Origin: the human T2T-CHM13v2.0 reference genome, Homo sapiens
DNA length: 64,000 nt
Direction: 5' to 3' (one strand)
Assembly (NCBI RefSeq): GCF_009914755.1
Contig: NC_060947.1
The first letter of the stretch is position 1, and the number at the start of each line of letters is the position of its first letter. Made by a program: the position numbers and the translations under genes. The notes beneath the pieces were generated by a model. That model saw nothing but the letters and a program-made list of their open reading frames with translations. It was not told the origin of the DNA and made no database searches. Below are positions 45,482-64,000 of this stretch, piece after piece.

Positions 45482-45789
45482 TCAGAGTTGGACATGCTTC
45501 TTTATACCCTCTTCCCTTTGAAATTCTGACACAGCTGACCAGCATTAAAATCAACACATAGGACACAAAAACCAGGCGCGGTGGCTCACGCCTGTCATCC
45601 CAGCACTTCGGGAGGCCAAGGTGGGTGGACTTGAGTTTGAGACCAGCCTGGACAACATGGTGAAAAAACCCATCTGTACTAAAAATACAAAAAATTAGCC
45701 AGGTGTGGTGGCGGGCGCCTGTCATCCCAGCTACTCAGGAGGCTGAGGCAGGAGAATCATTTGACCCTGGGAGGTGGAGGTTGCAGTGA

Positions 45790-46263
<474 letters not shown>

Positions 46264-46436
46264 TGAAGTGAGCCTCCCACCTCGGCCTCCCAAAGTGCTG
46301 GGATGACAGGCGTGAGCCACTGCGCCCGGCTGTTAATGTCATTCTCTAAAAAGGTCGCGCTCAGAGAGATAGGAATGCAGGCAGAGGGGCACCTGCTTGG
46401 TGGAGAGGAGAAGAGACACAAGGAGAGGGCGGATAC

Positions 46437-46521
46437 CTGGAAGTTCCCTTGGTGTATCTCAAAGAGCCCGGGGAAGATGGATTTCGGGTCTGGCACGCTG
46501 GGAATGAGAAACTTCTTCACT
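46437..46521 (-). CDS. CRLF2: CRLF2 exon 7 (85 nt; [28 protein letters not shown]), with Box1 JAK-binding motif
   Basis: Contained in ORF 46170..46643. Acceptor tttcag; donor gtatcc at 46431-46436. Confidence 0.96.
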
Positions 46522-46714
46522 CTGAAATAGAGACGGAGAGCGTGGTCAGGTCGGCCACAGCCCCGCAGGAAGGGTTGGCAAGAAGCACCTACAGGGCATG
46601 GACCCCAGGGACAGACCAAGAATGGCAGAGCGGGGCCTTCCACATGGACACATGTGTCTCCTCCCGCTCCCCAGGGACCCTGCCTCTGGGGTCCTCATAA
46701 AGTTCCCATCAGGA

Positions 46715-47781
<1,067 letters not shown>

Positions 47782-47853
47782 TCAATAGGATGGGCTGAAA
47801 TGGGACCCTCGTTCCTGAAAGTTTCTATGTTGAAGTTCTAATCACCGACCTCA

Positions 47854-48455
<602 letters not shown>

Positions 48456-48492
48456 TCAACCTCACATTTTTGAAAAGTTCTCTGTGGTCTGA

Positions 48493-49262
<770 letters not shown>

Positions 49263-49346
49263 CACCCAGCTAATTTTTATATTTTTAGTAGAGGTGGGGT
49301 TTCTTCATGTTGGCCAGGCTGGTCTCGAACTCCTGACCTCAGGTGA

Positions 49347-49691
<345 letters not shown>

Positions 49692-50004
49692 TGAACCACC
49701 GTGCCTGACCCTAATTTTTGTATTCTTAGTAGAGATGGGATTTCACCATATTGGCCAGGCTGGTCTTGAACTCGTGACCTCGTGATCTGCCTGCCTTGGT
49801 CTCCGCAAGTGCTGGGATGACAGGTGTGAGCCACCATGCCCGGCCCCTCCGAAATTTCTTATAATCCACCATCAGAAGAGTGGGCATTGTATGGAAACTG
49901 AGGCCCAGGGAAATGACTCTATCAGGCGATTAATCTTTTTTCGTACTTCACAGACATTGTGCAAGCAGGTCCCTCCACCCACGGGCGGCAGGAGTCATCC
50001 TTAC

Positions 50005-50125
50005 CTCCATAATTTCCATAAAGACAGAAGGAGGAGAGACACCATCAGAAGGATGGCCAGGCTGGAAATTAAAATAAATTTGGACAGCTTTGGTTTGGGA
50101 GGCGTTGGTGTCTCTGCACAGGCAT
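50005..50125 (-). CDS. CRLF2: CRLF2 exon 6 (121 nt; juxtamembrane and transmembrane ACAETPTPPKPKLSKFILISSLAILLMVSLLLLSLWKLW)
   Basis: Manual minus-strand translation gives a hydrophobic TM helix. Acceptor tttcag at 50126-50131; donor gtaagg at 49999-50004. Confidence 0.96.
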
Positions 50126-50192
50126 CTGAAACAAAATGAAAAGGCGGCTGTCAGTTTTCAACATGACGTGCGGCTGTACGTTTTCAACGTGA

Positions 50193-50629
<437 letters not shown>

Positions 50630-50822
50630 TAAGGGCAGGTCCAACATGTAGCCTTTGGAGGCTTCTGGTTGCTGGAGGTGTTTACAGCATATGAGAGCTT
50701 GCTTTCGTGTGTTGGTGGCTGTGCTCCTTAAATCATGCCCCCTGAAAACATACGTCAAAGGCCGGGCGCGGTGGCTCACGCCTTTAATCCCAGCACTTTG
50801 GGAGGCCGAGGCGGGCGGATCA

Positions 50823-51289
<467 letters not shown>

Positions 51290-51339
51290 TTACTTTCAGA
51301 TGGGGCCCTGGAGGATGACAGAAGGCTGAGCTTGCTCAG

Positions 51340-52313
51340 ACACACCCTCCTGGGAAGGCAGGACACCCTCCCTCCCACCTCGAAGGCAGGACACCCCTCC
51401 CTCCCACCTCCCAGGAAGGCAGGACACCCTCCCTCCCACCTCCCAGGAAGGCAGGACACCCTCCCTCCCACCTCCCAGGAAGGCAGGACACCCTCCCTCC
51501 CACCTCCCGGGAAGGCAGGACACCCTCCCTCCCACCTCCCAGGAAGGCAGGACACCCTCCCTCCCACCTCCCAGGAAGGCAGGACACCCTCCCTCCCACC
51601 TCCCGGGAAGGCAGGACACCCTCCCTCCCACCTCCCGGGAAGGCAGGACACCCTCCCTCCCACCTCCCAGGAAGGCAGGACACCCTCCCTCCCACCTCCC
51701 AGGAAGGCAGGACACCCTCCCTCCCACCTCCCAGGAAGGCAGGACACCCTCCCTCCCACCTCGAAGGCAGGACAGCCTCCCTCCCACCTCCCGGGAAGAT
51801 AGGACACCCTCCCTCCCACCTCGAAGGCAGGACACCCTCCCTCCCACCTCCCAGGAAGGCAGGACACCCTCCCTCCCACCTCGAAGGCAGGACACCCTCC
51901 CTCCCACCTCCCAGGAAGGCAGGACACCCTCCCTCCCACCTAGAAGGCAGGACACCCTCCCTCCCACCTCCCAGGAAGGCAGGACACCCTCCCTCCCACC
52001 TCGAAGGCAGGACACCCTCCCTCCCACCTCCCAGGAAGGCAGGACACCCTCCCTCCCACCTCGAAGGCAGGACACCCTCCCTCCCACCTCCCAGGAAGGC
52101 AGGACACCCTCCCTCCCACCTAGAAGGCAGGACACCCTCCCTCCCACCTCCCAGGAAGGCAGGACACCCTCCCTCCCACCTCCCAGGAAGGCAGGACACC
52201 CTCCCTCCCACCTCGAAGGCAGGACACCCTCCCTCCCACCTCCCAGGAAGGCAGGACACCCTCCCTCCCACCTCGAAGGCAGGACACCCTCCCTCCCACC
52301 TCCCGGGAAGGCA
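51340..52313. repeat. VNTR of 32-bp and 28-bp variants (acaccctccctcccacctc[ccag]gaaggcagg), ~31 copies, CRLF2 intron 5
   Basis: Direct reading. Lines 51961 and 52021 are identical, showing a 60-bp (32+28) higher-order period. Confidence 0.97.
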
Positions 52314-52376
52314 GTGGCTATGCCTACTCCAGCCTGGTGACAAGGCTATGGGACACTGCCGCGTAACAAGCATTAC

Positions 52377-52539
52377 CCCGAATCTCGCCTCTCTGCCAGC
52401 ATGTCACCTCTGACCAGTCGCTTGGGTATGTGTCTGGCCCATATACATCCTCCATAGCCTTCACCCTGACCCAGAAAGAGTAACACTTCTCGGCATCCAA
52501 GCCTTCTATGGTGACGTTGCAGGTATTTTCCTGTTTGGA
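52377..52539 (-). CDS. CRLF2: CRLF2 exon 5 (163 nt; SKQENTCNVTIEGLDAEKCYSFWVRVKAMEDVYGPDTYPSDWSEVTCWQRGEIR), with WSXWS-like PSDWS motif
   Basis: Contained in ORF 52324..52593. Acceptor tttctccag; donor gtaatg at 52371-52376. Confidence 0.97.
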
Positions 52540-52547
52540 CTGGAGAA

Positions 52548-52552
<5 letters not shown>

Positions 52553-52596
<44 letters not shown>
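52553..52596. repeat. (CA)22 microsatellite = (UG)22 in CRLF2 pre-mRNA, 13 nt upstream of exon 5
   Basis: Direct count. Confidence 0.97.
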
Positions 52597-52598
<2 letters not shown>

Positions 52599-52603
52599 GA
52601 TTA

Positions 52604-53447
<844 letters not shown>

Positions 53448-53529
53448 TAAAGATACAGATGAATGTTCTATTCTATGTATCAGTTTATACATATATAGTT
53501 TATATATGTTTGTAGATATATGTACCAAT

Positions 53530-54700
53530 AAGATATCTCTATATGTATATTTATATATGTGTGTATATATAAGCTGTATATATAAGGTGTGTATATATAA
53601 TTGTGTATATATAAGTTGTGTGTATAAGGTGTGTGTATATCTGTGTGTATAGAAGCTATGTATATAAGATGTGTATATATGTGTATATATAAGCTATGTA
53701 TCTATATGTGTGTGTATATATGTGTATATATAAGCTGTGTATGTAAGGTGTGTATATATGTGTATATATAAGCTGTGTATATTAGGTGTGTATATACGTG
53801 TGTATATATATGTGTATATAAGCTGTGTATATAAGCTCTGTATATATGTGTGTGTATATATGTGTGTATATAAGGTGTGTATATATGTGTATATGTATTG
53901 TATATAAGCTGTGTGTGTATATATATAAAGTTTGTGTATCTATACATGTGTGTATATACATGTGTGTATATATACCTGTATATAAGCTGTGTATATAAGC
54001 TGTGTATATGTGTGTATGTGTGTGTATATACGGTGTGTGTATACGTGTGTATAAATATGTGTATATAAGCTGTGTATATAAGGTGCATATATATGTGTAT
54101 ATATACGTGTATATAAGCTGTGCACATATGTGTGTATATATATGTGTGTATATAAGATGTGTATGTACATGTGTATAAATATGTGTATATAAGGTATGTA
54201 TATATGTGTGTGTATATGTGTATATAAGCTGTGTATATGTGTGTATATGTGTTTATATAAGGTGTGTGTATACGTGTGTATAAATATGTGTATATAAGCT
54301 GTGTATATAAGGTGCATATATACATATATATACGTGTATATAAGCTGTGTATATATGTGTGGGTATATATATGTGTATATAAGCTGTGTGTGTGTATATA
54401 TGTGTGTATATAAGATGTGTATATACGTGTGTATAAATATGCATATATAAGGTATGTATATATGTGTGGGTATATATATGTGTATATAAGCTGTGTGTGT
54501 GTGTATATGTGTGTGTATATAAGATGTGTATATACGTGTGTATAAATATGCATAGATAAGGTATGTATATATGTGTGTATATAAGCTGTGTATCTATATG
54601 TGTGTATATGCATGTGTATATATGTATATATAAGCTGTGTACACAAGGTACGTACATATATGTGTGTGTATATGTGTGTGTGTACACACACATATAGGTA
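53530..54700. repeat. (TG/TA)n compound repeat with recurring tataagctg motif, CRLF2 intron 4
   Basis: Direct reading. Confidence 0.93.
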
Positions 54701-54706
54701 GATATA

Positions 54707-55079
54707 CAGTCATGCATTGCTTAACGATGGGGACATGTTCTGGGAAATGCATTGTGAGGTGATTTCTTCATTATGAGAATATTCTAGAGTTTACTTACAC
54801 ACACCTAGCTGGTCTAGCCTGCTGCACATCTAGGCTGTATAGTAAATTGCTCTTCAGCTACACACCCATACAGCATGTTACTGTACTGAATACTGCAGAC
54901 AAACCTAATGCAAGGGTAAGTATTTGTGTATCTAAACATAGAGAAGGTACAGGAAAAATATGGTATAGAAGAAAATAATTGGGACAGCTGCATAGGACAG
55001 CTGTGTGATAATCATAGGAGACTACCGTGGTACATGCAGTCTGCTGATGACCAACAGGTCGTTAGGCAGCACATGACTG
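54707..55079 (+). mobile_element. Tigger3a/MER7-like MITE (TcMar-Tigger)
   Basis: Terminal inverted repeats cagtcatg ... catgactg, preceded by TA; internal match to the recalled consensus. Confidence 0.8.
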
Positions 55080-55169
55080 TGTGTGTGTGCCTGTGTGTGT
55101 CTGTGTGTGTCTGTGCATGTCTGTGTGTGCCTGTGTGCCTGTGTTTGTGTGTCTGTGTGTGTGTGTGTG

Positions 55170-55997
55170 TAGAGAGACAGGTGTGTAGAGATACAGGTAG
55201 AGATAGGACTAGAGGTAGACAGATAAAGAAATGATAGATACATAGATAAAACAGAGAGATGACAGAGTTGATAGATGATACATAGACAGATGATAGAGAG
55301 ATAGATAGATGATACATAGATGATAGAGCGATGAGAGAGAGATAGATGATACATAGATGATAGAGTGATGAGAGAGAGATAGATGATACATAGATGATAG
55401 AGCAATGATAGAGAGATAGATGATACATAGACAGATGATAGAGAGATAAATAGATGATACATTAGATAGAGAGACAGACAGACAGATGATACAGAGTAGA
55501 TAGATAGATGATACTTAGATAGATAGAGACGGATAGATGATAGATGTATAGATACATACATAGATAGATAAATACATAGATAAGATAGTAGATGGTAGAA
55601 TAGAGATAATGGGTAGGTAGTTAGATAGAGATGATAGATAGTTGAACTACATAGAGATAGGGATGATATATATAGAAGATTGACCATACATAGATAGATA
55701 AAAGAGAGTTGGTAGATAAAATAGATATGGATAGAGCCATAGAGAGATAGATAGAACAAAGAGAGTTAATAGATAAAATAGATGATAGATTGAAAGACAG
55801 AGATAGAGATAAAATAGAATGAGATAGATTGAAAGACAGGGATAGAGATAAAATAGAATGAGATAGATAGATGATAGATTGAAAGAGAGGGAAATAGAAT
55901 GATATAGATACATAGATAGAGGTAGAGATAAAATAGAATGATATAGATAGATTGATAGATAGATAGATAAATAGATTGATAGACAGACAGACAGACA
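55170..55997. repeat. (GATA)n-type degenerate repeat, CRLF2 intron 4
   Basis: Direct reading. Confidence 0.9.
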
Positions 55998-56214
55998 TAT
56001 TATTGGTTCTCTTTCTCTGGAGACCCCTCAGAGACACAGAGAGAAACATGAAAAAGCCAAGCTGGACTAGAGCTCTCTCAGGAAGATACAGCAGAGTGGA
56101 ATTCAGGAAGGTGTAGACAGAGGGGAGCGAGGTCTGATGAAACAGCGAATCCCACAGCCCGCACCTGGGGGACGCTCAGCCACCATCGCCCTGAGTCGCG
56201 GCCGCCCGGCTCAC

Positions 56215-56348
56215 CTGCCACTCGGTGTCGAAGGGGCTCCGGTACTGAACCTCATAGAGGAGATCCCCGTAGGACAGGTCAGAACACGTCACCGTCACTG
56301 CATCCTGATGCCACGAAAATCTCACGTGCTTCGGGGAACTGGGTTTCA
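56215..56348 (-). CDS. CRLF2: CRLF2 exon 4 (134 nt; KPSSPKHVRFSWHQDAVTVTCSDLSYGDLLYEVQYRSPFDTEWQ)
   Basis: Contained in ORF 56176..56415. Pyrimidine tract plus ag at 56349-56350; donor gtgag at 56210-56214. Confidence 0.97.
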
Positions 56349-56582
56349 CTGAGAAGAAGAAATAACGGAAGCGACGTCCCTCCTCTCTGAGCTGATTGTG
56401 ACAGGCTGACCTCATCCCCTTTCTCTAGCCTGTACCCCTCCTCCCCTTAATACCTTATGGTGTCTCGGGGTTCACCCGTCCTCATTACTTTTATAGGAGA
56501 AGCTTCCACCAGAGCTCCGAGAACCTGTAGGTTTGTGAAGGAAGGAACTCTCTAAAATTCTGCGGAAAATGTCCTGTGTGTC

Positions 56583-57645
<1,063 letters not shown>

Positions 57646-57960
57646 CAGTATCTGTAAGTAATTTCGCGAATAAAGAGTTCATAGTTCTCACCGGATTCTC
57701 AAACAGATCCGTTTCCCCTACCTCTAAAAAATAAAAAAGTAAAAAAGAAACCCAGCCTTACAGAATTCTAGGATAAAGAATAAACATTTTGGAAACAGGG
57801 TTTCCCTACATTTGTCCCTCATTTCCTCGCCCGAGACTTAACAGCCAGTTCTCAACGCACATAAGAAAACCAGCCTGGGCAACAGAGCAAGACCCTCTCT
57901 CTCAAAAAAAAGAGAGAACATCCAGTGAGTGGGATGAGGATGAGAGAGTATTTCCAGCTC

Positions 57961-57997
<37 letters not shown>

Positions 57998-58057
57998 GCA
58001 GGGCACCAGAGAGCATCTCTAATTAATTCCCTTATTTAATTTAATGAATTTATTTAT

Positions 58058-59091
<1,034 letters not shown>

Positions 59092-59149
59092 TAGTGGCCA
59101 ATGGTCCATGAGCTTGATTTTCAGAACTTAACTGAAAGTAACTGAAGGT

Positions 59150-60246
59150 AAGGAGATGAAGGGGTACTGAAAAGTGTGCTGGGATTGCTTTTCAATCGTT
59201 ACGGTAATCATTGATCCCGCGACTTGCGAGAGCTTGCTTTTCGGTACTTATGATAATCAGCTGAAGGAAGTACTGAAAAGCATGCTGAGCTTGCTTTTCA
59301 ATTGTTATGGTAATCATTGATCCCGCGACTTGCGAGAGCTTGCTTTTCAGTACTTATGGTAATAAGCTGAAGGAAATACTGAAAAGCATGTTGAGCTTGC
59401 TTTTCAATAGTTACGGTAATCATGGATCCGGTTATTTGCATGAGCTTTTTTATTTATGGCAATAAGCTGAAGGAAGTAGTGAAAAGGATGCTGGGCTGCT
59501 TTTCAATAGTTACGGGAATCTGATCCTGCGACTTGCTAGAGCTTGCTTTTCAGTACTTATGGTAATAAGCTGAAGGAAGTACTGAAAAGCATGGTGAGCT
59601 TGCTTTTCAATAGCTACGGTAATCACTGATCCAGTGACTTGCATGAGCTTGCTTTATCAGTACTTATGGTAATAAGCTGAAGGAAGTACGAAAAGCATGG
59701 TGAGCTTGCTTTTCAATAGTTATGGTAATCATGGATCCGGTAATTTGCATGAGCTTTTCAGTACTTATGGTAATAACCTGAAGGAAGTAGCGAAAAGTAG
59801 GCTGGGTTGCTTTTCAGTGGTTACGGTAATCATTGATCCAGCGACTATCATGAGATTGCTTTTCGGTACTTACGGTAATCAGCTGAAGGAAGTAGTGAAA
59901 AGCGTGCTGAGCTTGCTTTTCAATTATTACGGTAATCATGGATCCGACGATTTACGTGAGCTTTTCAGTACTTACGGTAATAAGCTGAAGGAAGTACTGA
60001 AAACTATGCTGAGCTTCCTTTTCAATAGTTACGGGAATCATTGATCCCGCGACTGGCTGGAGCTTGGTTTTTCGTTACTTACAGTAATAAGCTGCAGGAA
60101 GTACTGAAAGGCATGGTGAGCTTGCTTCTCAATAGTTAACGGTAATCATGGATCCGGCGATTTGCATGAGCTTGGTTTTCAGTCCTTGTGGTAATAAGCT
60201 GAAGGAAGTACTGAAAAGCATGGTGAGCTGGCTTTACAATACTTAC

Positions 60247-60275
<29 letters not shown>
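59150..60275. repeat. Diverged minisatellite, ~102-107 bp x ~10.5, in CRLF2 intron 3 and overlapping the exon-3 donor
   Basis: gcttttc(a/g)gtactta half-units recur at ~59236, 59342, 59444, 59545, 59651, 59753, 59858, 59960, 60066 and 60175. Each unit has an internal inverted repeat of up to 15 bp. Confidence 0.93.
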
Positions 60276-63998
<3,723 letters not shown>

Positions 63999-64000
63999 TG

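Noticed and set aside
50035-50081. Leukaemia-associated CRLF2 F232C or V244M alleles
   Set aside because: Codon 232 is TTT (50076-50078) and codon 244 is GTG; both are wild type.

Overview
Human (or close primate) genomic DNA, recognisable as pseudoautosomal region 1 (Xp22.33/Yp11.3). The only protein-coding gene is CRLF2 (TSLP receptor) on the minus strand. Exons 2-8 lie at 62719->44091 with canonical GT-AG boundaries and correct phases; exon 1 is beyond the right edge. This haplotype has Phe at residue 323 (I recall Ser in the reference) and wild-type F232 and V244. The rest is very Alu-dense and rich in kb-scale simple-sequence expansions. Highlights: (1) a full-length RPL6 processed pseudogene with TSDs, split by a solo LTR and containing a 9 x 208-bp tandem amplification of its own coding sequence; (2) a triple-nested LTR stack with all TSDs readable; (3) a ~105-bp minisatellite in CRLF2 intron 3 that is continuous with the exon-3 donor and carries hairpin-embedded copies of that donor; (4) a (TG)22 tract at the exon-5 acceptor and a G-quadruplex VNTR behind the exon-5 donor; (5) a 35-bp repeat mixing STAT and GATA motifs; (6) a local Alu variant (TGTCATCCC) shared by dozens of copies. 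Repeat family names come from recalled consensus sequences and need RepeatMasker/Dfam confirmation. Almost all long ORFs in the track are low-complexity or Alu artefacts.
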